Below, piece after piece: positions 1-9,184 of a DNA stretch of 64,000 bases (position 1 is its first letter; the number at the start of each line of letters is the position of its first letter). The position numbers and the translations under genes were made by a program. The DNA lies in contig JBGSJT010000469.1 in NCBI GenBank assembly GCA_041741715.1, positions 14,082-78,081 of the forward strand, written 5' to 3'. The notes under the pieces are model-generated. The model did not search any database, had not been told where the DNA came from, and saw only the letters and a program-made list of their open reading frames with translations. The DNA comes from Pirellulaceae bacterium. GTDB taxonomy: Bacteria > Planctomycetota > Planctomycetia > Pirellulales > Pirellulaceae.

Positions 1-2103
1 CGTATCGTTCTGATCGATGTACTCGATGATGGCGGTGACTTGATTGTCGCTATAGCCGAGTGTCTCGAGTCCCAGAGCGACGGAGCGATTGACAATCTTG
101 AGCATGCCGCCGCCGGCTAGTTGCTTGTACTTGACCAAGGCGATATCGGGTTCGATTCCGGTGGTATCGCAATCCATCATAAAACTGATGGTGCCGGTTG
201 GTGCCAGCACCGTGGCTTGCGCATTGCGATAACCGTAACGCTCGCCGAGTTCGACCACTTTGTCCCACAGATCGCGGGCGGCCTCTTTCAGATACTGAGG
301 ACCACTATCGTCGATCGTCTCAGCCGCATCGCGATGCATGCGCATCACGTTAAGCATCGGATCGCGGTTGGATTCAAATCCTTCGAAGGGGTCGACCACC
401 CCAGCCATCTCGGCACTGGTCAGATTAGCGGCCCCATGCAACAGACTCGTAATCGAACCGCACATGCTCCGCGCTTCATCTGAATCGTAAGCGTGGCCAG
501 CTGTCATGATGAGGCTTCCCAAGTTGGAATAGCCTAGTCCCAAAGGACGATACAGGTGGCTATTGTGGGCGATCTCGGCGGTAGGATAGCTAGCGTGCCC
601 TACCAAGATCTCTTGAGCGATAAAGAACAGGCGACATGCGGCGGTGAAACCATCGACATCAAACAGTCCATCGGACTGGCGGAACTTCATCAGATTGATA
701 CTGGCCAAGTTGCAGGCGGTATTGTCCAGGAACATATATTCTGAACACGGATTGCTGGCATTGATGGGCCCGGAATTGGGGCAGGTGTGCCAGTTGTTGA
801 TGGTCGTGTCATATTGCACGCCTGGATCGCCACAGTGCCACGCGCACTCGGCCATGCGATTGAGTAGCTCGCGCGCATCGTGCTTCGGCGCCGGGCCATT
901 GGCCTTCTTGCTAACCCAAGTTGTCGTCCACTCCTTACCATCCCGGACCGCCTTCATGAAAGGATCGGTAACTCGTACCGACAGGTTGGCATTCTGGAAA
1001 AAGACCGACGAGTAAGCTTCGCCATTGAAGTTCGCTTCGTAGCCTTGGCGAATCAACGCATGGGCTTTTTGCTCTTCATTCCATTTGCACTCGATGAACT
1101 CCAAGACATCAGGGTGAGTCACCTTGAGCGATTGCATCTTGGCGGCGCGACGCGTCTTGCCACCGCTCTTGACTACACCCGCGATCGAATCATAAACCTT
1201 CATGAATGAGAGAGGCCCCGAGGGAGTTCCACCGCCAGAAAGCTTCTCGCGACGCGAGCGAATCGTCGACAGGTCGGTACCTGTGCCACTGCCAAACTTG
1301 AAGAGCATCGCTTCGCTACTGGCCAGACGCATGATGTCTTCCATGTTGTCATCCACGCTCTGGATGAAACAAGCGGAGCCTTGCGGATATTCGTAGGGGT
1401 TGTCCGGCTGTTCGACTTGGCACGTCTCTGGATTGTAGCTCCATGTGCATGGGGAACCGACCACGCCATATTGTTGGAACAATCCGACATTAAACCAGAC
1501 CGGCGAATTGAATGAACCGCATTGGTGCAAACACAACCACGATAGTTCGTTATAAAAAGTTTCACCATCAGCCGCCGAATCGAAATAACCATCGGCGATA
1601 CCCCAGTCCGCAATGGTACGCGTCACGCGATGAATCAACTGGCGAACGCTCTTCTCCCGTTCGCCTGTTGCCGGTTCGCCATAGAAGTATTTGCTCACCA
1701 CCACGTTGGTCGCCAATTGGCTCCAGTTTTCGGGGATCTCGCAATCGTTCTGCTCGAACAGCGCCTTCCCCGACTCGTCACGGATCGTGGCACTGCGAAT
1801 TTCCCAGCCTGTAGTTTCAAACGGGTTCGTATCCTCAGGGCAAAAACGCTGCTCGATACTCAGTCCCCTTCCCGCACCTGTCTTGGTCCGCGCCAGTTTG
1901 CCTCGCCCAGTCGCCGCCCCGCGACTCTTGCCACTTGTCGCCGCATCGGTCCCCCGTGACATGGTGGTCCCCTGTGACATGGTGGTCCCTTGTGACATGG
2001 TGGTCCCTTGTGACACGGTGGTCCCTTGTGACACGGTGCTTTGAGAATTATTTTCCTGCTGCTTGTTGCTTCTTCCGTTACGGCTGAGATCTGCTGTCGC
2101 CAT
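1..2103 (-). CDS. nrdJ: Vitamin B12-dependent (class II) ribonucleotide reductase, N-terminal ~700 aa; 3' end runs off the window
   Basis: Manual translation from ATG 2103 (AGGAG RBS upstream): MATADLSRNG...WSQLATNVVVSKYF...FNSPVWFN...PQGSACFIQSV...ASNPCSEYMFLDNTACNLAS (catalytic NPCxE)...APTGTISFMMDCDTTGIEP. Absent from the ORF track because no stop lies in the window. Confidence 0.95.
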   Translation of the reverse strand, partial: MATADLSRNGRSNKQQENNSQSTVSQGTTVSQGTTMSQGTTMSQGTTMSRGTDAATSGKSRGAATGRGKLARTKTGAGRGLSIEQRFCPEDTNPFETTGWEIRSATIRDESGKALFEQNDCEIPENWSQLATNVVVSKYFYGEPATGEREKSVRQLIHRVTRTIADWGIADGYFDSAADGETFYNELSWLCLHQCGSFNSPVWFNVGLFQQYGVVGSPCTWSYNPETCQVEQPDNPYEYPQGSACFIQSVDDNMEDIMRLASSEAMLFKFGSGTGTDLSTIRSRREKLSGGGTPSGPLSFMKVYDSIAGVVKSGGKTRRAAKMQSLKVTHPDVLEFIECKWNEEQKAHALIRQGYEANFNGEAYSSVFFQNANLSVRVTDPFMKAVRDGKEWTTTWVSKKANGPAPKHDARELLNRMAECAWHCGDPGVQYDTTINNWHTCPNSGPINASNPCSEYMFLDNTACNLASINLMKFRQSDGLFDVDGFTAACRLFFIAQEILVGHASYPTAEIAHNSHLYRPLGLGYSNLGSLIMTAGHAYDSDEARSMCGSITSLLHGAANLTSAEMAGVVDPFEGFESNRDPMLNVMRMHRDAAETIDDSGPQYLKEAARDLWDKVVELGERYGYRNAQATVLAPTGTISFMMDCDTTGIEPDIALVKYKQLAGGGMLKIVNRSVALGLETLGYSDNQVTAIIEYIDQNDT
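1948..2037. repeat. 5 x 18-bp in-frame tandem repeat in the nrdJ 5' region, encoding T(V/M)S(Q/R)GT units
   Basis: Units: ggtcccccgtgacatggt, ggtcccctgtgacatggt, ggtcccttgtgacatggt, ggtcccttgtgacacggt, ggtcccttgtgacacggt. Confidence 0.95.
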
Positions 2104-2271
2104 TCCAATTAGCTCCTAAAAAACGGGGTTGAACCTACGGTTACCATCGTGGCGGTCGTTGGATTCTTCTGGGGCTACTCCGCCCTGGATAAGACTCCTA
2201 GACTGGCTATTCTGAAGAGGGTATCGAAGGCAAATCCGAGACGCTCTTCAAAGTGCAAACGGCTTGTGGGA

Positions 2272-2318
2272 CCACTACCTATAGTATAAGTCCTGAATGC
2301 CTGCACTACATATAGCAC
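2272..2318. promoter_or_regulatory. Tandem NrdR boxes upstream of nrdJ
   Basis: ccACTAccTATAGtat (2272-2287) and gcACTAcATATAGcac (2303-2318) match acaCwAtATaTwGtgt, 31 bp start-to-start, about 170-215 bp upstream of nrdJ. Confidence 0.85.
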
Positions 2319-2728
2319 TTTCCGCAGAGTTTATCGAAACCCTTCAGCGTGTCAAATTTGGGTTTTGGATTGATCGCAACTGCTGATATGGCCGATACTT
2401 CCGACGATTTTTAAGGTTGTGAGTGAGACCCGTACAGCACGCGTTGTTAAGACATAACTCACATCCTGTAAACACTTTATGAAGATCCGATGAAGGTCTG
2501 GTGGACGAGCAGGGATGGCTCAGAATTCTTCCAAGATTCTGAGATTGGCAGTAACCCACCTGAAGCCTGGCTGTCTGGGTAGAATGGGTGGATGTATAGT
2601 TGGTTGGAAGCAGCGTGTCGCGTCCCAAATATATCCCAAATGGATGAACTCAAAAAACTGTTTGCAACGTACGCTGCTTCACTGAAGGATTGTTCGTGAT
2701 CCTCGTAAGCTTGAGCTATCCGCGCGAC

Positions 2729-2838
2729 GCAATACCAGCGCGACGCGCCAGCGAGTGGGGTGCCTGGTAAACGACTTTGCGGTAATCGCCCACTAAAAAA
2801 CGGTGGACTCACCCGCTAGCGCGTCGAGCTGGTATTGC
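2729..2838. repeat. REP/REPIN-like inverted doublet, family A (core CACTCGCTGGCGCGTCGAGCTGRTATTG)
   Basis: gcaataccagcgcgacgcgccagcgagtggg ... ctcacccgctagcgcgtcgagctggtattgc; related copies at 8988-9125, 20774-20810 and 22606-22713. Confidence 0.8.
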
Positions 2839-2883
2839 CGAGCTAAGGTTGTTGTTCGTTCCCTATTTTGAGGAGTGCAAGCG

Positions 2884-4122
2884 ATGTTCACTCTGCTGAG
2901 CAGAGCTCCGTTTACCGCTTTTGTTCTGAGTTGTTCATTTCTTTTGACAGTTTTCCCCGCAGTGGTTCGTGCGCTAGACACGGAAACAGCAGAAGTCGAC
3001 AAGCAACCCAAATCCGAGAAGAGCGCGATCCCCCAACGTGAATCGGCTGTTTTCGCGGGTGGCTGTTTTTGGTGCGTTGAATCTGATTTCGAACGCTTGC
3101 CAGGAGTCGTCGATGTCATCTCGGGTTACAGCGGCGGCCGCAGCAAGATGCCGACCTACGAAACGTATGCTTCGGGTGGACATCGCGAAGTTGTCTTCGT
3201 GTTGTATGATCCAACTCAAGTCACCTACGCTGGCTTGGTCGAGTACTTGATCAAACATATCGATCCGCTCAATCGGCATGGGCAGTTTAATGACAAGGGA
3301 TTGCAGTACAGCCCAGCTATTTACTTTGCCAGCGAACAAGAACGAACGGAAGCTCAGCGAGTCATTGAAGCGATTGACGCCATGCGCGTCTATCGTGGCA
3401 AGATTGGTGTCGTGCTCGAACCGCGCGAAGCGTTTTGGCCTGCGGAAGAGTATCACCAAAATTATCATCACAAGAACGGAATGAAGTATCAGTTCTTTCG
3501 CTTGGCCTCGGGACGCGATGCTTTCGTCAACAAGCATTGGGGAGTCCGCGCCAACAATCTGGAATTACCTGGAGCTATTCCCAAAGAAGCTTCCGCCGGA
3601 GATTCGACAGGAACTTCATCGACAGAGCACTCGGACATTGATAACTCGTTAGCTGTGGCGGAGGAGAAGCCATGGTTAAAATTTGAAAAGCCTAAGGGAG
3701 CGGAGTTGCGTAAGAAGTTGACGCCGATGCAATTCAAGGTGACACAGCAAGACGGCACTGAGCAAGCCTTCCGCAACGAATACTGGGATAACAAGAAAGA
3801 GGGGATTTATGTCGATCTACTCTCGGGTGCACCGCTATTTTCGTCGACGTCCAAGTTTGAATCGGGGACCGGTTGGCCGTCGTTCGTCATGCCAATTGAT
3901 CGCGATGCAGTGACGTTTAAGAGCGATCGCAAGATGTTCGTCACGCGCACTGAAGTCCGCTCGCGGTACGGAGACGCTCACTTGGGGCATGTCTTCGACG
4001 ACGGGCCTGTGGCGCTGGGGGGGAAACGCTACTGCATGAACTCAGCCGCCATGCGTTTTGTTCCGAAAGAGAAAATGGAAGAGGAAGGCTATGGCGACTA
4101 TTTGAAATTGTTTGGAGAGTAA
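2884..4122 (+). CDS. msrAB: Bifunctional peptide-methionine sulfoxide reductase MsrA/MsrB with signal peptide
   Basis: MsrA motifs [10 protein letters not shown] and AEEYHQNY; MsrB motifs [27 protein letters not shown]; hydrophobic N-terminus ending VRA. Alternative GTG start at 2875. Confidence 0.95.
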   Translation: MFTLLSRAPFTAFVLSCSFLLTVFPAVVRALDTETAEVDKQPKSEKSAIPQRESAVFAGGCFWCVESDFERLPGVVDVISGYSGGRSKMPTYETYASGGHREVVFVLYDPTQVTYAGLVEYLIKHIDPLNRHGQFNDKGLQYSPAIYFASEQERTEAQRVIEAIDAMRVYRGKIGVVLEPREAFWPAEEYHQNYHHKNGMKYQFFRLASGRDAFVNKHWGVRANNLELPGAIPKEASAGDSTGTSSTEHSDIDNSLAVAEEKPWLKFEKPKGAELRKKLTPMQFKVTQQDGTEQAFRNEYWDNKKEGIYVDLLSGAPLFSSTSKFESGTGWPSFVMPIDRDAVTFKSDRKMFVTRTEVRSRYGDAHLGHVFDDGPVALGGKRYCMNSAAMRFVPKEKMEEEGYGDYLKLFGE

Positions 4123-4177
4123 AGCAATTGCTCATCGCGACACTGGAGCCAAGTCGCTGGACAAACTCCAACGGCAA

Positions 4178-4684
4178 CTACGTTTTAGTCTTGAAAATTT
4201 CGCTGGCCAAAAAAGCGGCCCGCAGCGTATCTGGTTGGCGGAGCATTTTCACCAGCGGACTAACGTCCATGCTCCGCTTCTGTAAATCGATACTTCTGTC
4301 CGTTTCTCCCTTCGGACCTCCCTGATTCAGTGCCGAAGAAGCTTGGCGTAGCTGAGTCACTTCGTGATCAAAGACGTCATGCAAGTGCCCCAACATGCGT
4401 TCGTCGGTCTGCGAGATGCGTTGTGCTAGTTCTGGCCGCGTGTCGATATTGCTGAGTGGATTGGGACCCAACTCGCGGCGGTCGCTGAAGCGATCAGGTT
4501 CGATCACTTCTGCTTCGATAATCTCCGCCTCCAGTGGTGGTGGCCGTCGCTCCGCCGAGCGAACCGCTCGTGGCGCGGGTCGCTGCGTGACGGGGGGCCG
4601 GGGAGGACTTGGTTTCTGTCCTTCATTTAGCTTTTGCGCCAGTCGCTCAGCCGCTTGCTGCAAGAATTTTTCTAGGTCGTTCAT
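4178..4684 (-). CDS. Hypothetical protein coupled to floA (YqfB-like position)
   Basis: 168-aa ORF whose ATG overlaps the floA stop; Pro-rich, ending LRQPDTLRAAFLASEIF. Confidence 0.75.
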   Translation of the reverse strand: MNDLEKFLQQAAERLAQKLNEGQKPSPPRPPVTQRPAPRAVRSAERRPPPLEAEIIEAEVIEPDRFSDRRELGPNPLSNIDTRPELAQRISQTDERMLGHLHDVFDHEVTQLRQASSALNQGGPKGETDRSIDLQKRSMDVSPLVKMLRQPDTLRAAFLASEIFKTKT

Positions 4685-5769
4685 TAGCTCACCGCCTGGA
4701 TGGCTGGTTTATCTCGATCACCCACGTCGGCGATGCTGGTTCGCATCTTGGTGTCGGCATCGACATTCTTCAATCGATAGTAGTCCATGATATTCAACGA
4801 GCCATTCGCGAAGGCCTCGGCTATCGCCTTGGGGACATCGGCTTCGGCCTCGACCAGTTTGGCGCGACTCATTTCGATATTGGCGATCATCTCTTGTTCG
4901 GCAGCCACGGCGGCGGCGCGGCGACTTTCGGCCCGGGCCCGGGCGACGCGCATGTCCGCTTCGGCAGTGTCGGCCTGTAGACGGGCTCCAATGTTTTCAC
5001 CAACGTCAATATCGGCGATGTCAATCGAAACAATCTCAAAGGCGGTTTGCGAATCGAGTCGCTTGGCCAGCACGGCTTTGGAAATCACATCGGGGTTTTC
5101 TAATACGATCTTATGTTCAGGGGCAGATCCGATTGCGCTCACAATCCCTTCCCCCACCCGCGCGATGATCGTTTCCTCGCCAGCGCCACCGATCAACTGA
5201 TCCAAGTTCGCGCGGACGGTGACTCGCGCTTTAACTTTCAGTTGAATACCGTTCTTGGCAACCGCATCTAGCGATGCACGGGCGGCTCCCTTGGGAGGGC
5301 AGTCGATCACCTTCGGATAGACGCTCGTCTGCACCGCTTCCAGAATGTCACGCCCTGCCAGATCGATCGCGGCCGCTTGACGAAACCCGAGGTTGATCAT
5401 TTTCGATTTTCGCGCAGCGATCAACGCGCGGATCACTTGCGGTACGTTCCCCCCTGCCAAATAGTGCGCTTCCAAATCGGCACTGGTGATTTCATCGTTT
5501 CCCATGCCAGCTTGGACACTCATGATCTTAGACCTGACAATCGCCCGCGCGTCGACTCGTCGAAACCACATGCCGATCAGATCCATCAGCCCTATTCCTG
5601 CACCCGTAGTGAACGACTGCGCCCATAGCCAGAAGAAATTGGCTACCACAGCAAACAAGCCCAGGATCACGACGATAATTCCTAGAGCGACCACAATCAT
5701 CACGATGGTCGCGGTGTCATCGTTGGGAGCCGCTTGGGCCAAGATGGGAAGGCAATTGTTAAGTTGCAT
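4684..5769 (-). CDS. floA: Flotillin-like protein FloA (YqfA/UPF0365)
   Basis: N-terminal TM helix; [67 protein letters not shown]. Confidence 0.95.
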   Translation of the reverse strand: MQLNNCLPILAQAAPNDDTATIVMIVVALGIIVVILGLFAVVANFFWLWAQSFTTGAGIGLMDLIGMWFRRVDARAIVRSKIMSVQAGMGNDEITSADLEAHYLAGGNVPQVIRALIAARKSKMINLGFRQAAAIDLAGRDILEAVQTSVYPKVIDCPPKGAARASLDAVAKNGIQLKVKARVTVRANLDQLIGGAGEETIIARVGEGIVSAIGSAPEHKIVLENPDVISKAVLAKRLDSQTAFEIVSIDIADIDVGENIGARLQADTAEADMRVARARAESRRAAAVAAEQEMIANIEMSRAKLVEAEADVPKAIAEAFANGSLNIMDYYRLKNVDADTKMRTSIADVGDRDKPAIQAVS

Positions 5770-5876
5770 ACACTGGTGGTTTTCGTTGAGGGGAGTTGCT
5801 TGTGAAGGGGCTGTTGGGCGGGAGCCTAAAGCTAGCCCTTAGTGTAGCATTTCTCTCAGCCGTGTGTTACGAGTTG

Positions 5877-6551
5877 CTAGGTCGGTGCATCTTCTAAAAT
5901 TTCACCATCGAGCATGCGAATAAGCCTGCGGCCGCGCTGGGCAATGACCTCATCGTGCGTGACCATCACTAGCGTCGTCCCTTGTTCCACATTGAGCCGA
6001 GCCAGCAGCTCGATCACTTCGTGGCCACTCTGGCTGTCGAGACTCCCGGTCGGTTCATCGGCCAGGATGAGATTGGGACCATTGGCGAGCGCCCGTGCAA
6101 CGGCGACGCGTTGTCGCTGGCCAATCGACAATTGATTGGGCAAATGGTTCAGTCGTTCGGCAAGTCCGACAATATTTAGCAAGCGTTTGGCTTCGTCGAT
6201 CCGTTTGGCTGGCGGAAGTATCCCTTCGAACATCGGAATCTGAACATTTTCTAATGCAGTCAAATTAGGGAGCAGGTAAAACGACTGGAAGACAAAGCCA
6301 ATTTGCCGAGCCCGCAGCCGATCGAGCTGTCTGGATGCCAATAGGGACTCACCATGGAAGCAAATCTCCCCCGTAGAGGGAAGATCTAGCGCTCCCAAGA
6401 TGTTCAACAACGTCGACTTACCACAGCCACTGGGGCCCATGATCGTGACGAACTCGCCAGCTTCGATGTCGAGCGAAATCCCCTTGAGGGCTTCGACATT
6501 TCCATCGCGGTAAGTTTTGCCTACACTACGTAGAGATATAAGTGGAGCCAT
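5877..6551 (-). CDS. ABC transporter ATP-binding protein (LolD/MacB-like)
   Basis: Walker A GPSGCGKST, GFVFQSFYL, signature LSIGQRQR, Walker [16 protein letters not shown]; likely start MAPLISL at 6551. Confidence 0.92.
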   Translation of the reverse strand: MAPLISLRSVGKTYRDGNVEALKGISLDIEAGEFVTIMGPSGCGKSTLLNILGALDLPSTGEICFHGESLLASRQLDRLRARQIGFVFQSFYLLPNLTALENVQIPMFEGILPPAKRIDEAKRLLNIVGLAERLNHLPNQLSIGQRQRVAVARALANGPNLILADEPTGSLDSQSGHEVIELLARLNVEQGTTLVMVTHDEVIAQRGRRLIRMLDGEILEDAPT

Positions 6552-6600
6552 GGTAGGGCTTCGAAGACCAATTTGTGATGCTTGAGAGACTGAGATTCGC

Positions 6601-7587
6601 ATGATGCGTTCCACACCACCGCGCCCGACCAGCAAGTTATGTCACAACGTGCCGGACCACAATCCGCAACATAACAAAAATTTGGCTCTGAAATGTTTAC
6701 CGACCTGGGGACTGTGTCTGTTCGTGGTGTGCCTACCGCTGGTACCTGTCGATGCTGTTGCTTGTGCCGGTGAATTGGTCTCCACTTCGCGGGAACTGCC
6801 GAGGATCGAGGCTGGAACGCGGATCGCCGAAGATTCGGCGGGACGTTGGAATCGCGTCGTGCTGTTGTCGCGTCCCAAAATCTCCAGCGGCGATGTCGAA
6901 GCGTTACCCAATGTGGTCCGCGACTCGGTTTCGGAATTCGTACTGACCATCATGGCCGCCATCGAACAGATAGATGATCCGGTTGCCAACCAGACACGTT
7001 ATCGCTTGGCCGATATCGGAGTTGGATACAGCACGCTGGTCGGTGGTGAATTGCGTGCGGTGACGGTCGCTGAGGCCGCTAAGGTGGGAGTCAACCTAGG
7101 TTTGTTCACACGCATGATGCTCTCCGAAAATGAGAAGCAGTTGACAACGGCCAAAATCATTGCCCGCACATCGACATTGATGATCATTGACGTCCCCGTC
7201 TTTGTGCTGCGCGGCACGGAGCATCGCGAATATGTCATGCGTCATTTTATCTGGGTTGACCCGCTGAGCGGTCGCAATGCCGCGTTGGTGTGGTTGGTGA
7301 AGCAGGAAAAAACTGGACGCAGTGTTGTCGAAGTGGATGAGCCTCCGCGTTGGGCACCGGCCGGCTTGAGCGAAGATCGCGCGATTCATGTCGATGGGAG
7401 CCAATTCAACATGTTCGGGATACCCAATAAGAAAGCCTTTGCCCTTGAGCAACTACCACCAGGGAAACCTGTAGCGTGGACGGACGAAGCCCTCCAAGTA
7501 GCCGCGCTCGACAGCTACGACGTCGAGGAGCTACGCGCACTGAGTTCCGCGCTCAATATCATGTTGCGAGCAGAAAAGCCTACGTAA
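6601..7587 (+). CDS. Hypothetical, probably secreted protein
   Basis: 328-aa ORF with a hydrophobic signal-like segment (GLCLFVVCLPLVPVDAVA); no recognised motif; start uncertain. Confidence 0.7.
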   Translation: MMRSTPPRPTSKLCHNVPDHNPQHNKNLALKCLPTWGLCLFVVCLPLVPVDAVACAGELVSTSRELPRIEAGTRIAEDSAGRWNRVVLLSRPKISSGDVEALPNVVRDSVSEFVLTIMAAIEQIDDPVANQTRYRLADIGVGYSTLVGGELRAVTVAEAAKVGVNLGLFTRMMLSENEKQLTTAKIIARTSTLMIIDVPVFVLRGTEHREYVMRHFIWVDPLSGRNAALVWLVKQEKTGRSVVEVDEPPRWAPAGLSEDRAIHVDGSQFNMFGIPNKKAFALEQLPPGKPVAWTDEALQVAALDSYDVEELRALSSALNIMLRAEKPT

Positions 7588-7649
7588 TAGTCAGGGTCGG
7601 TTGTTACTCAACCAGTATTCCAATCCAGTATTCCAATCCAGGTAGATGG

Positions 7650-7907
7650 CCGACAAAAGATGTGCGGCAAAAAGACGGGACTTCTCATTGATCAGCCATC
7701 CGCGCTGGACGGCCAAAGGTTAGCATCGTGCGGGAAATAACTGTCGTAGCTACGTTCGCCAGAACGTCGATTCCCATTTAAGATCGGACCGTTATTTCCC
7801 GCCCGATGCTTAGTTGGACAGCGTTTATCCAAAAGAATTTTCCAGTTTGCTGTTGCCTAGCTTCTTCCATAGAGGAATTTTATTTTTTTGCCGCACATTT
7901 TTTTGTC
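7650..7907. repeat. Family C inverted pair (GACAAAARATGTGCGGCAAAAA) enclosing a family B element
   Basis: ccgacaaaagatgtgcggcaaaaaga (7650-7675) and atttttttgccgcacatttttttgtc (7882-7907); third copy at 17497-17524. Confidence 0.75.
7720..7812. mobile_element. MITE-like family B, copy 1 (one internal REP arm)
   Basis: TTA|GCATCGTGCGGGAAATAAC ... GTTATTTCCCGCCCGATGC|TTA; internal GTAGCTACGTTCGCCAGAACGT. Confidence 0.75.
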
Positions 7908-8019
7908 ACACGTCGAGTTGGCAATCGCAAAGTCGCATGTTGTCGATAGCGAACCGAAGCTGTTGGGCGACGCTATCTGCCCGGTGCCTTACGGACTTCG
8001 GTTCACTTATTCAGCTCAC

Positions 8020-8802
8020 TTATTCAATAGTGATTTTCTCAATCGACCACGCGGTACAAAGTGCTGCTTGGCTGTCTGGAATAATGTTGAGCATGCGTAG
8101 ACGCCACTCGGAAGCATCGATCCAGTGATTGCTGCGACAGCTACCATCATCTTCCAGGTGCATTTGCAACTGACCATCGATGGCTGCCGGTGCGAAAGGA
8201 TGTGGTTCAGGGATCGGCAGCGGAAAGGTGACTTGTTTTAAGCCCTCGGCGATCCCCAGCCCCATCGCCTTTAATAGAGCTTCTTTGCAGACCCACAATT
8301 GCAGCGTCGCTGATTCTCTGTCGGCCCCGGAAAGCCGTTCCCACTCGATCTGTTCGCGCTGGCTGAGAATCTGCGAGGCGATCGCGCGATAGCTGATCCG
8401 CTCATTAAAAACTTCCACATCGACTCCCACTGGTGTGTGTGCCACAGCGATCAATGCCCACTCGCCAGAATGACTGACATTGAAATGCAGATTGCGACCC
8501 AATGGCACGGTTGCTTGTCGTGTGGACAATTGCGGCTTGCCCCAACGTTCATAGTGGAAACCAACCTGCGCTGGCTCGACGTTGGACATCTCCCCCAAAA
8601 CGCGACGCAGATGCCCACGGCAGACAACGAATCTACGGCGTACGTCGGCGTGCACAAAGCGATTGGCCCGCGACAACTCCTCCGCATTCAAGAGCGACTC
8701 GCAAGCTGCATAGTCGGTTGTGGAAACGTCGAGTTTTATCACAAACAACTTGGCTTCATTTGCGTCTGGTAACTGATAGGTCAATATTTCCGCTCCAGCC
8801 AT
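8020..8802 (-). CDS. 4'-phosphopantetheinyl transferase, Sfp family
   Basis: GKP, FNVSHSG, VGVDVE and WVCKEALLKAMGLG motifs. Confidence 0.93.
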   Translation of the reverse strand: MAGAEILTYQLPDANEAKLFVIKLDVSTTDYAACESLLNAEELSRANRFVHADVRRRFVVCRGHLRRVLGEMSNVEPAQVGFHYERWGKPQLSTRQATVPLGRNLHFNVSHSGEWALIAVAHTPVGVDVEVFNERISYRAIASQILSQREQIEWERLSGADRESATLQLWVCKEALLKAMGLGIAEGLKQVTFPLPIPEPHPFAPAAIDGQLQMHLEDDGSCRSNHWIDASEWRLRMLNIIPDSQAALCTAWSIEKITIE

Positions 8803-8853
8803 TTTGCTCTACTGCTACTACCCCATACGTTCCGTCGTGCTGTTGTGAACCTC

Positions 8854-8903
8854 AGGCGCTAGCCGTGGGCACCAATTTGCGGTGGAGCCCACGGCTAACG
8901 CCT
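8854..8903. repeat. 17-bp inverted repeat, REP-like family D
   Basis: aggcgctagccgtgggc ... gcccacggctaacgcct (1 mismatch). Confidence 0.65.
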
Positions 8904-8987
8904 AAATTATCTACACCCTGACTCGTTTCTCAGGTTCAATTAGAGTAAAACTATTCAGTGAGCTTCGACTTTCGCGACACCTAGCCC

Positions 8988-9125
8988 CAGTATCAGCTCG
9001 ACGCGCCAGCGAGTGGGTTGGGGATGATCCGCGCGTTTGCACCAGTCAGGTGACCCACTCGCTGGCGCGTCGAGCTGATATGGGGTGACCCACTGGCTGG
9101 CGCGTCGAGCTGATATTGTGATCGA
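8988..9125. repeat. REP family A triplet (one left arm, two tandem right arms)
   Basis: tatcagctcgacgcgccagcgagtgggt ... acccactcgctggcgcgtcgagctgatat ... acccactggctggcgcgtcgagctgatattgtgatcga. Confidence 0.85.
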
Positions 9126-9184
9126 AATTATCACTGGCCATCTCAATACTCCCTGCCAATTCACTCGTTTGCTGAGGCACGTCC

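Noticed and set aside
1860-2108. 82-aa ORF with repeated CHKGPP, resembling a metal- or heme-binding peptide (also the DMVVPC ORF on the + strand)
   Set aside because: These are alternative frames of the 18-bp repeat inside nrdJ; the RBS and homology support the nrdJ frame.
2104-2728. Possible cobalamin riboswitch or small gene upstream of nrdJ
   Set aside because: No B12-box or convincing ORF recognised by eye; only the NrdR boxes are supported. An Infernal search would settle it.
8020-8802. Sfp-type PPTase as a marker of a PKS/NRPS cluster
   Set aside because: No carrier protein, KS, A or C domain genes in the window.
9050-9116. Approximately 29-bp direct repeats as a possible mini-CRISPR
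   Set aside because: The spacer is only a few bp, and an inverted third copy shows it is a REP doublet with a duplicated arm.
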